A DNA stretch of 63,493 nt, filler included, from 3 parts of 3 records of this genome joined end to end with filler, not necessarily neighbours in it, one strand, 5' to 3'; shown: positions 50,200-61,433, counted from the whole stretch's first letter. Numbers and translations are program-made. The notes: generated by a model not told the origin, from the letters alone.

Positions 50200-50299
50200 N
50201 NNNNNNNNNNNNNNNNNNNNNNNNNNNNNNNNNNNNNNNNNNNTTAATTAATTAANNNNNNNNNNNNNNNNNNNNNNNNNNNNNNNNNNNNNNNNNNNN
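50200..50299. other. Artificial contig-joining spacer
   Basis: 44 N + TTAATTAATTAA + 44 N, identical to the first spacer. Confidence 0.98.
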
Positions 50300-50452
50300 T
50301 GGTACTTTTGGCGGAACAAAAGTACACCCATTAATGAGATGGATGTGATAGTGAGTACGAAAATAATGTGAAGGAACGGTCAGTTATCACCTCAAACAAA
50401 GCCACAGTCATCTCCGAGACATGCCGATATTTCTGTCTATAAAGCCATCTTA

Positions 50453-51298
50453 CTATTTCTCGAAGAGGTACAATACAGCGTTTGGTGTATTATTTTTTTC
50501 CGCAGATAAATAATATGTGGTAGGTGAGATTTGGGTAATGCCTTCAACCTGCTTGGAGCCTGTTGGGAAAATTTCAATTCGATTTACTTTCCCTTTAGAG
50601 AAGTTATTCCCTTTGAAATCAGAGATCTCTAGCAAAAAATTGGAACTCACACCATAACCTGAAAGCATAATGGAATTCAGTTTTTGATTATAAGTAGCTC
50701 CTGTTACTAAGCCTAAAGCATTAATACTGTCTATTTTTGATAGCGTATAAGCCCCAGGAGTTTTGGGAAATGCATATATATTTGTCCATCCATTCGACCA
50801 GTTTTTAGAGAATATATATAAACTATCATTGATTGAAACGAGAGCTTCAGCATCAAAGTTGGTTTTTCGATTGGTTTTTTTGAAGCTGCTTTGATCCGCA
50901 TATTTAATAGATATAGCTTCTGCTTTTATAGAGTCCAATTTTTCATCCATAAATGCTGAAATAAGGACGCGGTAGATTTTAAGGTTCTTTCTTGAACCTC
51001 TGTTGTTACCAGTGTCAGCAATGTAAATGTAATTCTCGTCGTAGGTTAAATCTTCCCAGTCAATATTTTTAGCATTCTCGATGTGAATTTTTCGAATTAC
51101 TTCACCCGTTTTAACATCAATTTCGAATAGAATAGGTTTTCCACCAGAATCATTGTGAGTGATGAGTTTACCATTCAAGTAAATAAGGCCAGAGGTCTCA
51201 TTAACGGAAGAGGAGAGAGGGGAAATTGTTGTAATGGTTTGCGCTTGGCAAACCACAGACAATGCGCTAATTATTGAGAATATCAGAAGTCGTTTCAT
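50453..51298 (-). CDS. Secreted hypothetical protein, probable beta-propeller
   Basis: Signal peptide; ETSGL, THNDSG, DWEDL, ADTGNN and FDAEA motifs. Confidence 0.75.
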   Translation of the reverse strand: MKRLLIFSIISALSVVCQAQTITTISPLSSSVNETSGLIYLNGKLITHNDSGGKPILFEIDVKTGEVIRKIHIENAKNIDWEDLTYDENYIYIADTGNNRGSRKNLKIYRVLISAFMDEKLDSIKAEAISIKYADQSSFKKTNRKTNFDAEALVSINDSLYIFSKNWSNGWTNIYAFPKTPGAYTLSKIDSINALGLVTGATYNQKLNSIMLSGYGVSSNFLLEISDFKGNNFSKGKVNRIEIFPTGSKQVEGITQISPTTYYLSAEKNNTPNAVLYLFEK

Positions 51299-51346
51299 AA
51301 ACTACGAAGGATAAAAATTAGCATAAAGTGTTAAAGTAGGTAGGCT

Positions 51347-51375
51347 AAAAAACCTTCTCCAGAATGAGGAGAAGG
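51347..51375 (-). terminator. Intrinsic terminator after icd
   Basis: CCTTCTCC...GGAGAAGG stem preceded by an A-run. Confidence 0.72.
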
Positions 51376-51416
51376 ATTTACTTTTAAAATTGTTCTATAA
51401 TAATGAATGGAGTTCT

Positions 51417-52877
51417 TTAGTCGCTTTGACCATCAGAGTATCCATTTTTGCCATCAAAGGTATACAGGTTCTCGGTTTTGATACAGTCGAGGCCAGCGTT
51501 GTTTAAACTTTCCAAAAGTTGAACAACGGTCTTGTATTCTATCTCACTGTGATGTCCACCATCAGCTATAAAGCGACATCTCCAATGATCCGTACAGAAT
51601 GTATTTGGAAGACCTTCTGGGTAAACATTTACGCCACGATTTGAAATCATGTTAAGCGTCAAGCCCTCTGTAGTATTTTCTTCAACAATCTTACCTAATA
51701 CTTGAGGGTTGCGATCCGACTCATTCCAATCTAAAAATATATCTACACCAATCAGCTCTTTCTTTGGTCGTGTATATTCTCTGAGTTTGATATCAATTAC
51801 ATGCTCATTAGAACCATAAGAAGCTGATTTCAAAGATTTAGGCTCTTGCCCTAGGCGATCGATGATAGCTTGTGTGAACGCTTTTGTACCTACTAATTCT
51901 CTGGTGTATTCTTTGCTCTGTAAATCCGCAGTATGAATACCATCCTCGATAGCAGTGAGCAAAGCATTTATGATTAATTCTGCTTTATCTGGTTGACCGA
52001 TATGTGCGAGCATCATAGCTGCACCATGTAATAAACCAGCAGGATTTGCGATGTCTTTGCCTGCAATATCAGGAGCTGAACCATGAATAGCTTCGAACAT
52101 GGCAAAATCGTGCCCAATATTTGCAGAGCCGCCTAAACCTACAGAACCAGAAACTTGAGCAGTGATGTCAGAAATGATATCACCATATAGGTTTAGTGTT
52201 ACCACAACATCGAACCAATGAGGAGTATCAGCTAAGCGAGCAGCGCCGATATCAATGATAAAATGATCGGTTTCAATTTCAGGATATTCAAGCTTAATCT
52301 CATCAAACACTTGATGGAACAAACCATCCGTTTGCTTCATGATGTTATCTTTACTCATGCAGGTAATTTTCTTACGACCATAAGCTTTAGCATATTCAAA
52401 AGCGTAACGAACAATGCGTTCGCAACCAGGGCGAGAAATAAGTTTTAGGCATTGCACAACCTCTGGAGTTTGTTGATGCTCTATTCCCGCATAAAGATCT
52501 TCTTCATTCTCTCTTACTACTACTAAATCCATCATATGGAAATGGCTATGCACAAAAGGAACGAGTGCTTTAACAGGACGAATATTCGCGAATAGCCCAA
52601 GTGTCTTGCGGATGGTAACATTTAAACTTTTATAGCCGCCACCTTGAGGAGTAGTGATTGGCGCTTTAAGAAAAACTTTATTCTTAATAAGTGTATCCCA
52701 AGCTTCTGGACGCATTCCAGAGTCGATACCACTTTCGTAAACTTTCTTTCCTATTTGGATTTCTTCGTAATTAAGATTAGCACCAGACGCTTTAAGTATC
52801 TGAAGTGTTGAATCCATAATCTCTTCGCCGATTCCGTCTCCGCGTGCAATCGTAATTGTGGTTGGAGTAGTACTCAT
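51417..52877 (-). CDS. icd: NADP-dependent isocitrate dehydrogenase (type with C-terminal extension)
   Basis: GDGIG, KAPITTPQGGGYKSLNV, RENEEDLY, NLYGDIISD, EAIHGSAPDIAG and DHWRCRF motifs. Confidence 0.95.
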   Translation of the reverse strand: MSTTPTTITIARGDGIGEEIMDSTLQILKASGANLNYEEIQIGKKVYESGIDSGMRPEAWDTLIKNKVFLKAPITTPQGGGYKSLNVTIRKTLGLFANIRPVKALVPFVHSHFHMMDLVVVRENEEDLYAGIEHQQTPEVVQCLKLISRPGCERIVRYAFEYAKAYGRKKITCMSKDNIMKQTDGLFHQVFDEIKLEYPEIETDHFIIDIGAARLADTPHWFDVVVTLNLYGDIISDITAQVSGSVGLGGSANIGHDFAMFEAIHGSAPDIAGKDIANPAGLLHGAAMMLAHIGQPDKAELIINALLTAIEDGIHTADLQSKEYTRELVGTKAFTQAIIDRLGQEPKSLKSASYGSNEHVIDIKLREYTRPKKELIGVDIFLDWNESDRNPQVLGKIVEENTTEGLTLNMISNRGVNVYPEGLPNTFCTDHWRCRFIADGGHHSEIEYKTVVQLLESLNNAGLDCIKTENLYTFDGKNGYSDGQSD

Positions 52878-52957
52878 GTCTATTCTAATAATTTTGATGA
52901 ATTGGTCAGCATAGCGCTGAGGTGATTGAATAAGAAGTGTGAGAGAGTGAGAGTGAG

Positions 52958-52993
52958 AAAAAAAAGCATCGTGCTTTTAACACGATGCTTTTT
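52958..52993 (-). terminator. Intrinsic terminator after sucD
   Basis: AAAAAGCATCGTG...CACGATGCTTTTT. Confidence 0.85.
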
Positions 52994-53004
52994 GAAAAAA
53001 TGAC

Positions 53005-53880
53005 TTAAGCGTTCTCTAACATTCGCTTAAGAGTTTCGCCGATTTCAGCAGGACTGTCAACAACGGTAATACCAGCTTCTGAAAGTGCTTTTTTCTTTTC
53101 TTGAGCTGTTCCTTTACCACCAGAAATGATTGCACCAGCATGGCCCATACGTCGGCCCGGAGGCGCAGTAGAACCAGCAATAAATGCTACAACAGGTTTA
53201 GTAACATGTTCTTTAATATAAGCAGCAGCTTCTTCTTCAGCTGAGCCACCAATTTCACCAATCAATACAATTGCTTCGGTGCCTGGGTCAGCTTGTAAAA
53301 GTTTTACAGCATCAAGGTGAGTTGTGCCGATAACGGGGTCACCACCAATTCCGATAGCAGTACTTTGGCCTAGTCCTGCTTTTGTAAGCTGATCAACAGC
53401 TTCATAAGTCAAAGTTCCAGAACGAGAAATTAAACCAACAGTGCCTTTAGTGAAAATACTACCTGGCATAATTCCAACTTTAGCTTCGCCAGGAGTTATA
53501 ACACCAGGGCAATTAGGCCCAACGAGAGTAGCACCTCTGCTTTTTACAATTTGTTTCGCCAAAATCATATCCTTAACAGGAATTCCTTCAGTAATACAAA
53601 TAATTACTTTAATACCAGCGAAAGCAGCCTCAGTAATGGCGTCGCCAGCAAAAGCTGGGGGAACAAAAATGATAGAAGTATTTGCGTTAGCATGCTCAAC
53701 TGCGTCTGCTACAGTATTAAACACAGGTCTATCAAGGTGGGTTTGTCCACCTTTTCCTGGAGTAACACCACCAACAACATTGGTACCGTATTCAATCATT
53801 TGTTCTGCGTGGAAGGTTCCTTCACTTCCAGTAAAGCCTTGTACAATTAGGCGCGTATCATTTCCAACTAAAACACTCAT
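53005..53880 (-). CDS. sucD: Succinate--CoA ligase subunit alpha
   Basis: [28 protein letters not shown] and MGHAGA motifs. Confidence 0.98.
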   Translation of the reverse strand: MSVLVGNDTRLIVQGFTGSEGTFHAEQMIEYGTNVVGGVTPGKGGQTHLDRPVFNTVADAVEHANANTSIIFVPPAFAGDAITEAAFAGIKVIICITEGIPVKDMILAKQIVKSRGATLVGPNCPGVITPGEAKVGIMPGSIFTKGTVGLISRSGTLTYEAVDQLTKAGLGQSTAIGIGGDPVIGTTHLDAVKLLQADPGTEAIVLIGEIGGSAEEEAAAYIKEHVTKPVVAFIAGSTAPPGRRMGHAGAIISGGKGTAQEKKKALSEAGITVVDSPAEIGETLKRMLENA

Positions 53881-54045
53881 TTTTGCTCGTTAGGTTCAAA
53901 ATTTATGGGGATGGAATATACGATGCTTAGTAGATAGTTGATAGTTCATATTTTTGGTAACTCCTTCTATTTATTCAATCCAGTTTAGTCCATTTTAAAT
54001 GCGAAATTAGCTTTATTTCCATCCTCAAAATCGCCATTTTCAATT

Positions 54046-56079
54046 GTGGTTACCGAAGACAAAAAAGAAGAAGTACGAGATGCTGCCGACATAGTGGAGG
54101 TAGTATCAGATTATGTGAAGTTAAAGCGCTCAGGGAGCGGTTTTACAGGACTGTGTCCCTATCACAATGAGAAAACACCTTCTTTCCATGTAACCCCAAA
54201 TCTGGGAATTTTTAAATGCTTTGGGTGCGGTGAATCGGGCGATGTGTTCAAATTTATTATGGATCAAGAAGGCATCGGGTTTAGTGAAGCTGTGCGCCAG
54301 CTTGCCGAGCGATATGGCGTTTTTATCCAAGAAGAAGAGTCTAAAGAGCCAAGCGAGAGCCATCAATTAAAAGAGGGAATCTACCATGCATTAAAATTTG
54401 CGGGTATTTATTTCTACAGAAATTTAATTGAAAATCCAGAAGCTCAAAAAGCACTCAAGTATTTAGAGAATCGTGGCTACAATCGCGCGGTTTTTAAAAA
54501 ATACGGCTTAGGATATGCGCCATCTTCAGGAAATGACTTATGCAATGCAGCAAAAAATGCAGGTATTGATGAACAGTATTTGCTGGAAGCAGATTTGATT
54601 AAACCGAGCCAACGCGATGATGGTTTTTACGACACATTCCGTGGTCGATTGATGTTTCCCATTTTTAGCCCAACAGGTAAAGTAATTGCTTACGCCGGCA
54701 GAGTATTAGGCAACGAGAAAACCGCCAAATATATCAACTCGGCCCAAACTAAGGTGTACAACAAAAGTGAAGTTGTGTATGGGCTTAATTTTGCGAAGAA
54801 TGAAATTCGAAAGAACAAAGAAGTTATTCTTGTAGAAGGCTATACCGATGTTATAACGCTAAACGAACACGGTATTGGGAATGTAGTTGCAAGTTCAGGA
54901 ACCGCCTTAACTTCTGGACAAATGAAGATTCTGCACCGTTATGGTGAACGAATCATTATGATTTATGATGCGGATAACGCCGGACAAGCCGCCATGAAAC
55001 GTGGAATTGATATTGCATTGGCGGAAGGGATGGAAGTGCAATTACTAGAACTTCCTGATGGTGAAGATCCTGACTCTTTTGTGAAGCAATTCGGAAAAGA
55101 ATCGTTTACTGAGCTTAAGAATAAAGAGTCGCTAGATTTTGTAGACTTTTTAATGTTAAAAGCCGATGAAGAAGGTCGCCTTCAGAATCCAATGCAGCAA
55201 AGTAAAGTGATTGGCGAAATTTTAGAAGCCATTGCTAATATCGGTGATGATATCCAGCGCCAAGTGTATGTTCAGCATCTGCACCAAAAGTCGCAGAAAT
55301 TTAGAAGAGGAACAGATAGAGAGTTATTCGAAGAACTCGAACGTGTAAGAGCTCGAAAAAGAAAAGAAGACCAACGAAGTAAAGATAGAGAAATAGCTCG
55401 GAATGCCCGGAAAGGGAATGTTGATGAAGAAATTCCTTTTATCCATCAAGATGAACATGCCACTTTTTACGACGAAGAGTTTCATGAGGTAGCGCACTTC
55501 GAAGAAATACCTGTAAAAGCGCGTAAGAAAGCAGATTACGAAAAAGAACTCGTTCGTTTGATGCTCTTATTTGGTAAAAGTATGGTGGAATATATTTGCT
55601 CTTTTACACACGATAAAATGTTTGAAGACGATGAACTCAGAATGTTTTACGAAGATATTATCAAGCGTTATAAGGATGAGAAAGAGATTTCTATTGCGGC
55701 TTATTCGAGTTTAGAATCTCCTTTTCCACGTTTGTTGGGAGATATAATGCTTGAGCAACATTATGCCAGCGATCGACATCACGAGAAAGTGGGGCTCAAG
55801 TATGTTAAAGATAAGAATCCGTTTCTATCTGCTAAAAGCTCTATGAAAGCCCTGGAATTGAGCTTTTACAAGCGGAAAAGAGGAGAGTTGGCCGAGTTAT
55901 TTAAAACTGCAAGCGCTGATGAGAAGAAGAAAATTATCAAAGCTCAGGCTGAAGTTCAGTCTAAAATTGGAAAATGTGAAGTAACCGATTCAGACGAACT
56001 TTACCGCGACCCTGAGGATGACAAAGGGAATCTCGTGACTGAGAAAAAGTTTGAGTATAAAATGAAAAGTGAGAGATAA
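54046..56079 (+). CDS. dnaG: DNA primase
   Basis: CHC2 zinc finger CPYH..CFGC; RLMFPI, KYINS and TOPRIM EGYTD/DAD; DPD. Confidence 0.97.
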   Translation: MVTEDKKEEVRDAADIVEVVSDYVKLKRSGSGFTGLCPYHNEKTPSFHVTPNLGIFKCFGCGESGDVFKFIMDQEGIGFSEAVRQLAERYGVFIQEEESKEPSESHQLKEGIYHALKFAGIYFYRNLIENPEAQKALKYLENRGYNRAVFKKYGLGYAPSSGNDLCNAAKNAGIDEQYLLEADLIKPSQRDDGFYDTFRGRLMFPIFSPTGKVIAYAGRVLGNEKTAKYINSAQTKVYNKSEVVYGLNFAKNEIRKNKEVILVEGYTDVITLNEHGIGNVVASSGTALTSGQMKILHRYGERIIMIYDADNAGQAAMKRGIDIALAEGMEVQLLELPDGEDPDSFVKQFGKESFTELKNKESLDFVDFLMLKADEEGRLQNPMQQSKVIGEILEAIANIGDDIQRQVYVQHLHQKSQKFRRGTDRELFEELERVRARKRKEDQRSKDREIARNARKGNVDEEIPFIHQDEHATFYDEEFHEVAHFEEIPVKARKKADYEKELVRLMLLFGKSMVEYICSFTHDKMFEDDELRMFYEDIIKRYKDEKEISIAAYSSLESPFPRLLGDIMLEQHYASDRHHEKVGLKYVKDKNPFLSAKSSMKALELSFYKRKRGELAELFKTASADEKKKIIKAQAEVQSKIGKCEVTDSDELYRDPEDDKGNLVTEKKFEYKMKSER

Positions 56080-56084
56080 AGGTA

Positions 56085-56495
56085 TCAGCTTCGGCTAAGA
56101 TTTAATTGCCACTTCACTCCAAATTTATCGGTAAGCATTCCATAGCGAGCACCCCAGAAAGTATCTTGAAGCTCCATCGTAGTAACACCACCTTTTGCTA
56201 ATGTATTAAAAACCTGTGTTTGTTCTTCCTCATTTTCAAAATTAAGTGTGAGGTGAACGTTATCCCCAAGCTGTATTTCTTTAAAAGGCGCCCCATCCGA
56301 AAACATAAGAACTACTTGCTCATTCACAGTAAGTTCAGCGTGCATAATCTTATCTCGGTAGTTCTCTTCAACTGGCATCTGAGTGTCACCAAACCTTTGC
56401 AGTGCAGTAACTTCGCCACCAAGATTTTCTTTATAAAAATGAAGTGCTTCTTCGCAATTTCCGGGAAAGAATAAATAAGGATTAATGCTTTTCAT
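56085..56495 (-). CDS. PhnB/VOC family protein
   Basis: PYL.F.GNCEEA, IMHAEL and TFWGARYGMLTDKFGV.W motifs. Confidence 0.9.
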   Translation of the reverse strand: MKSINPYLFFPGNCEEALHFYKENLGGEVTALQRFGDTQMPVEENYRDKIMHAELTVNEQVVLMFSDGAPFKEIQLGDNVHLTLNFENEEEQTQVFNTLAKGGVTTMELQDTFWGARYGMLTDKFGVKWQLNLSRS

Positions 56496-56510
56496 ACAAA
56501 AGAATGTGAG

Positions 56511-57185
56511 TTAAAAATTTGTAAGGGCGTAAACTAAAATATTTGAGCCCATTTCCAATGCTTTTTGTCGGATGGATGCAGGGTCGTTGTGAACTTCAGC
56601 ATCTGCCCAGCCATCAGCAAGATTAGTTTCATAGCTGTAAAAAACAACAAGTTTTCCATTCCTAAATATCCCAAAACCTTGTGGCGGTTTATTGTCGTGT
56701 TCATGAATTTTAGGCAAGCCGTTATTATAATCAAACAGTTGTCGGTATATAGGATGTGAAAAAGGAATTTCAATCATTTCTTCGTCGGGAAACACTTTCT
56801 TCATCATGGAACGAGCGTATTCGTCTAAACCGTAATCATCATCAATATAAAGGAACCCTCCATTCTCTAGATAATTCCGAAGATTAGTAGACTCTGAGTT
56901 GTTTACGGCAATATCTCCGTGACCTGTTAAAAATAGAAAAGGGTAGGAGAATAAATCGCTGCTCCCCAAGGCAACATCTTTATACTTTGGGGAAATCGAA
57001 ATGGATGCATGCTGTTTGGTAAAAGCAATGAGATTAGAAAGAGAGGAGGGATCGTTATACCAATCTCCTCCGCCTCTATACTTTACACGAGCAATTTCAA
57101 ATTCACCCTCTGTTTGCGCCATTACAGGAAGGCTTGCTAAAAGTAGAAACCCAATAAATACTGTTCTGGAAAATGTTCGAAACAC
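56511..57185 (-). CDS. DUF4159 domain protein
   Basis: GGGDWY, LTGHG, YLENGGFLYIDD and GLPKIHEHD motifs. Confidence 0.88.
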   Translation of the reverse strand: MFRTFSRTVFIGFLLLASLPVMAQTEGEFEIARVKYRGGGDWYNDPSSLSNLIAFTKQHASISISPKYKDVALGSSDLFSYPFLFLTGHGDIAVNNSESTNLRNYLENGGFLYIDDDYGLDEYARSMMKKVFPDEEMIEIPFSHPIYRQLFDYNNGLPKIHEHDNKPPQGFGIFRNGKLVVFYSYETNLADGWADAEVHNDPASIRQKALEMGSNILVYALTNF

Positions 57186-57243
57186 AGAGTATGCTTTTTG
57201 ATTGTTAAGAATTACGCAAACAAAATACCAAAATACTAGCTAA

Positions 57244-58149
57244 TCAAAAGCCTGCAGGTCGGGTAATATTTATTTGGATAGTATCTGCCGCTATAGAGCC
57301 GAAAACACCAATTCCACCTTCAATATTATATATAACATTCGGTATTTCGCCAGGAGAAATGGATGATCCACCTAGTTGTACACTTTGTGAACGGAGAAAA
57401 TCATAAATATTCGTATCAATAATATTCGTTACAATCTTAGTGTCACCATAAAAAGCTACTGCTAACCATGGATATTTTAGTGTAACGGTGCCGTTGTTAT
57501 TATTCACGAAATTTCCCTCACTCACAATACCAGAGCTACGTGTAGAGTAATCAGATAACTCGTCACCTTCTTCAGGATCGTAAAAGTCGGCATAAACTGG
57601 AGTGAAATTTTCTACAGATGCTTCAAGTGCTAGCGTTGTGAAAATGAAGTAATTCTGTCTCGCATTGGAGTCACTAGCTGGAATTACCACTTCAATTTGG
57701 TTTTCGGATTGATATTCCACAGAATCTCGAATAGTATTAGCCGCTGTGAAACTATCTGGAATGGTGGTGTGACCAATAATCTCTTCACTTGTAGAAGGAA
57801 TGGTTATGTGTAGCTGATACGTACGCATTGGCAATACATTATGCGCTACTGTAGATACAAACACGCCAGGACTATCAAGTTGGTACGTGAAGGTCTGTTC
57901 GATTGCTGATCCGATTCCGGTTTGTAGAAGTCGAACTTCGACGATAGCCGCAGAAATCGCAGTGTCTTCAAAGTTGTATTCGCTACTAACAGGCGCTGTA
58001 GTTGAGAGATAGATTGCTGGTAGCTCCATATCTGCCACCAAATATGATTCAACTACATAAAATTCTTTGTAGTCGTCCTGAGGATACAAATCGCAGCCAC
58101 CTACTATAAGGAGTAGGGAAAAAGAGAAATATAGAAATAATGATTTCAT
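57244..58149 (-). CDS. DUF4249 family lipoprotein
   Basis: Lipobox VGGC; YVVESYL and C-terminal NIEGGIGVFG; downstream of a TonB receptor. Confidence 0.82.
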   Translation of the reverse strand: MKSLFLYFSFSLLLIVGGCDLYPQDDYKEFYVVESYLVADMELPAIYLSTTAPVSSEYNFEDTAISAAIVEVRLLQTGIGSAIEQTFTYQLDSPGVFVSTVAHNVLPMRTYQLHITIPSTSEEIIGHTTIPDSFTAANTIRDSVEYQSENQIEVVIPASDSNARQNYFIFTTLALEASVENFTPVYADFYDPEEGDELSDYSTRSSGIVSEGNFVNNNNGTVTLKYPWLAVAFYGDTKIVTNIIDTNIYDFLRSQSVQLGGSSISPGEIPNVIYNIEGGIGVFGSIAADTIQINITRPAGF

Positions 58150-58154
58150 ATCGA

Positions 58155-60419
58155 TTAAAATTTAACGGTGTAAGAAATTGTTGGAAGAAGTGGAAGCAAG
58201 TAAACAGCTTCTTTCTTAATGGGGTTTTCATCAAAGTCGTAAGTGTAGAACCAAACGTTTCTACGCGATAACAAGTTTACTATCTGGAACTGCCATTCCG
58301 CTTCGCCTAAACCAAAAAAGGTGCCATATCTCGAGAAGGAAACATCCACTCTATGATAAGCAGGAAGGCGAGATGCATTTATCTTTCCACTTACAATGGT
58401 ATCATAAACTTGGTTATCCCAAACAGGGTTGTTCAACGAATAACGACCTAAAGGCTCTGTATAAGCTTGCCCTGTTGCATAATTAAAGGATGTGGTGGCT
58501 TTCCAACGTTTACTTAGTTTATAGCTCATTACTAAGTTGATGTCGTTACGACGATCGTATTTAGGAGGATAGGATCGACCTGAACCGTTCGGATTTTCAA
58601 TTTCATTATTGTAGTTAGGAAAACGACGCCAGGTGTATGAATACGTGTACCCAATAAATCCAGTGAAATCACCAGCTCTTTTCTCAAAGAAAACTTCAGC
58701 GCCATATGCATCGCCACTACCAATACGGAAAATATCAGAATAAGGAAGTCCTGAAACATCTTGGATGAAAGGATCGAGTTCAAACAAATCATTCATTGTT
58801 CGGTAATACACTTCTAGATCTAATCCGTAATCCTTAAAAGGAATTGTTTTGGCTCCTAACACAAACTGATCTCCAAATGCAGGCTTGATTCCTTCATCGG
58901 CAGTTAGCCAAACATCAAAACCAGAGAAAGCTTCATTAGAAATGAGTGTTAAGAATTGGTTGTAACGACCATAAGCGGCTTGTAACCGAATTCTATCTGC
59001 TGGCTTGTACTCAAGAGAAACACGCGGCTCTGGACGCAAATAATCGCCATCTGAAAAGTAATTGAGTCGAGTTCCGTAAGTTAGCTTCCAGCGGTCGGTT
59101 GGGCGCCAAGTATCTTGAACATATAAAGAAGCGTAGTTAGCTTGAATACGAGAACTAAAGCTTTCTTCATTATCAAAACGATCCTTCAGAATAAGAGTCA
59201 TAACTCCACCCCAAACACCAGTCTCAATCGTGTGCTTGTCGTTTATTAAATACTCTAAATCACCTTTTACCGAGAAATCATAAATGTTATTATCTCGTTC
59301 GAAAGGAGTTCCACCAAGTTCAAAAGTAGGAAAATTGAAGTATCTAGAGCCTGTAACTACAAAACTAGAAAATAGTTGTTCGTTAAAAATATGCTTCCAA
59401 TTACCACTCACGGTTTGATTACCATAATTCAAATTAAACTCGGCATCGTCAGCAAAAGGAAAGGAAACCGCATCTTTACCCGTATAGAAAGAAAGACCGA
59501 ATTTATCGTTCTTGCCAGCATCAAAGTTGATTTTCCCGTTCATATCATAAAAGTAGAAACTGGATGGAATATTGTCAGTAGTTTTGCGCAATGCCGCTAA
59601 CAACGGCTCTAGTGTTGAACGTCGAACCGCTAAACTCCAAGAACCATATTTGTATGGACCTTCAAGCGAAGCACGAGATGAAAGCATTCCCAAAGTAAGA
59701 GAGCCATGCGTTTCATTTCGATTTCCATCTTTGTTATAAATACTGAGTACAGAGCCTAAGCGTCCACCAAATTCCGCAGGATAACCACCTTTATAAAGAC
59801 GAACATCTTTAATGGCATCTGGATTAAAGGTTGAAAAGAAGCCAAAAAAGTGACTTGGGTTATAAACCGTAGTTTCATCAAGTAGAATGAGGGTTTGGTC
59901 AGGACTTCCACCACGAATGTATAAGCCACTAGAAAAATCAGAAGCCGCTTTTACGCCAGGAAGGAGCTGAATAGAACGGAATACATCCGCCTGAAATACA
60001 GAGGGGAGCTCTTTAATAAGCGATGTCCCAATTTGGGCAACACCAATTTCTTTCGCTTTCTCTTTTTCAGCTTCGGAAGTGACAATGATTTCTTCAAGTT
60101 CTTCAGAAGTAAGAACAAGTTCCACATCTAGGCGGAGATTCTCATCCGCCTTTAAAGTCACCTTTTTCTGAAAAGTATTGAACCCGATATAAGTACATAC
60201 CAAAATATACTCTCCAGGGGCAATATTTGTAATGCTGAAATATCCTGAAGTATTTGAAGAAGTTCCCTTATTGATATCTAAAAGTGCAATATTTGCACTA
60301 ATTAGTGTTTCGCCAGATGAAGAGTCTTTTATATAGCCATTTATAGAGGCTGACTGTGCTAATGTTGTTTCTGTGAGGAGGAGTAACCCTGCAAAACACA
60401 GAATGAGTGTTCGTATCAT
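58155..60419 (-). CDS. TonB-dependent receptor with CarboxypepD_reg-like N-domain
   Basis: GETLI.ANI, LLPGV, IRGGSPDQ, YKGGYPAEFGGRL and RLPAYHRVD motifs; terminal Phe. Confidence 0.93.
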   Translation of the reverse strand: MIRTLILCFAGLLLLTETTLAQSASINGYIKDSSSGETLISANIALLDINKGTSSNTSGYFSITNIAPGEYILVCTYIGFNTFQKKVTLKADENLRLDVELVLTSEELEEIIVTSEAEKEKAKEIGVAQIGTSLIKELPSVFQADVFRSIQLLPGVKAASDFSSGLYIRGGSPDQTLILLDETTVYNPSHFFGFFSTFNPDAIKDVRLYKGGYPAEFGGRLGSVLSIYNKDGNRNETHGSLTLGMLSSRASLEGPYKYGSWSLAVRRSTLEPLLAALRKTTDNIPSSFYFYDMNGKINFDAGKNDKFGLSFYTGKDAVSFPFADDAEFNLNYGNQTVSGNWKHIFNEQLFSSFVVTGSRYFNFPTFELGGTPFERDNNIYDFSVKGDLEYLINDKHTIETGVWGGVMTLILKDRFDNEESFSSRIQANYASLYVQDTWRPTDRWKLTYGTRLNYFSDGDYLRPEPRVSLEYKPADRIRLQAAYGRYNQFLTLISNEAFSGFDVWLTADEGIKPAFGDQFVLGAKTIPFKDYGLDLEVYYRTMNDLFELDPFIQDVSGLPYSDIFRIGSGDAYGAEVFFEKRAGDFTGFIGYTYSYTWRRFPNYNNEIENPNGSGRSYPPKYDRRNDINLVMSYKLSKRWKATTSFNYATGQAYTEPLGRYSLNNPVWDNQVYDTIVSGKINASRLPAYHRVDVSFSRYGTFFGLGEAEWQFQIVNLLSRRNVWFYTYDFDENPIKKEAVYLLPLLPTISYTVKF

Positions 60420-60542
60420 AGAATAATTTTAATAAATGCTGTAAACTTTTAGGAAGGCCGTTACACGCAAAGTATAAGTTAAAGTTAAGCTCTAATGTGA
60501 AGTTATTGTTACTATTTTTAGTAAATATGAAATTAGTTTGGA

Positions 60543-61433
60543 TTAAAGCCCGAGACTTGGTGGAGCTGTCTGTGTAATCGGAATTTTTAGGTTCGTACCC
60601 ACTTTAGCATTTAAACCTTTTATGAAATGCGCAGTAAGAAGAGGAGACTCCAATTCAATATTCTGATGAATAAAGAAATAGAGTTTCTCTAAGCCGTGTT
60701 CTTTCCAAAGGGCAATGCGCTCAATCCACTCATCTAGGCGCGGATAGTCGCTAGCATGGTTTGCACCCACATAACGCACAAAGGCAACGGGAGATGTAAG
60801 TCGCATATGTAATAAATCCCGACGACCAGCAGTATCGGTAATGATGTTTGCCACATTATGTTTTTCAAAAAGCTGGTAGACTTGGTTGGCAACATTTTCG
60901 TCGTTAAACCAATCGGTATGTCGCAATTCTATAGCTAGTGGTAAATCAGGAGGCCAAATTTCCACGAAACGAACAACACGGTCCATATCTTGCGGTTTGA
61001 AGTCATCGCGAAGCTGTAAGAAAAACATGCCCAGTTTATCGCCCAAAACCCGAAAGGGAAGGGAATACTCTTCCACCAAAGCTTCCACGCCTTTAAGACG
61101 TTTGTAATGGCTAATGCTGTTCACAACTTTTGGGAAGAACTTAAACGCATCACCCGTTTTATCACGCCATCCTGAAATCACATCCTCGCCATACAACTTG
61201 TAATGAGTGGCATTGAGTTCTATAGAATTAAACTGAGTCGCGTAATAAGCAAGTTCGTCTTTAGTGCCCCGAGGGTAGAATCCTTTCAAGTCTTTCTTAT
61301 TCCATTTAGCGCAACCAACAAAAGCTTCAAAGTTAGCTGAATTACCGTTTCCAAGTACTTTAAGAGTATCTGGATGGTCGGATGGAAGACTGAAATCAAT
61401 ATTTTCGGGATTGGTTACACTACCAAATTTCAT
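60543..61433 (-). CDS. DUF72 domain protein
   Basis: YATQFNSIELNATHY, FLQL, AIELRH and YFFIH motifs. Confidence 0.9.
   Translation of the reverse strand: MKFGSVTNPENIDFSLPSDHPDTLKVLGNGNSANFEAFVGCAKWNKKDLKGFYPRGTKDELAYYATQFNSIELNATHYKLYGEDVISGWRDKTGDAFKFFPKVVNSISHYKRLKGVEALVEEYSLPFRVLGDKLGMFFLQLRDDFKPQDMDRVVRFVEIWPPDLPLAIELRHTDWFNDENVANQVYQLFEKHNVANIITDTAGRRDLLHMRLTSPVAFVRYVGANHASDYPRLDEWIERIALWKEHGLEKLYFFIHQNIELESPLLTAHFIKGLNAKVGTNLKIPITQTAPPSLGL

Noticed and set aside
53005-53880. sucD without adjacent sucC
   Set aside because: Separation of sucC and sucD is common in Bacteroidota and relatives.
53441-53893. 150-aa and 99-aa plus-strand ORFs
   Set aside because: Antisense to the well-conserved sucD; no independent support.
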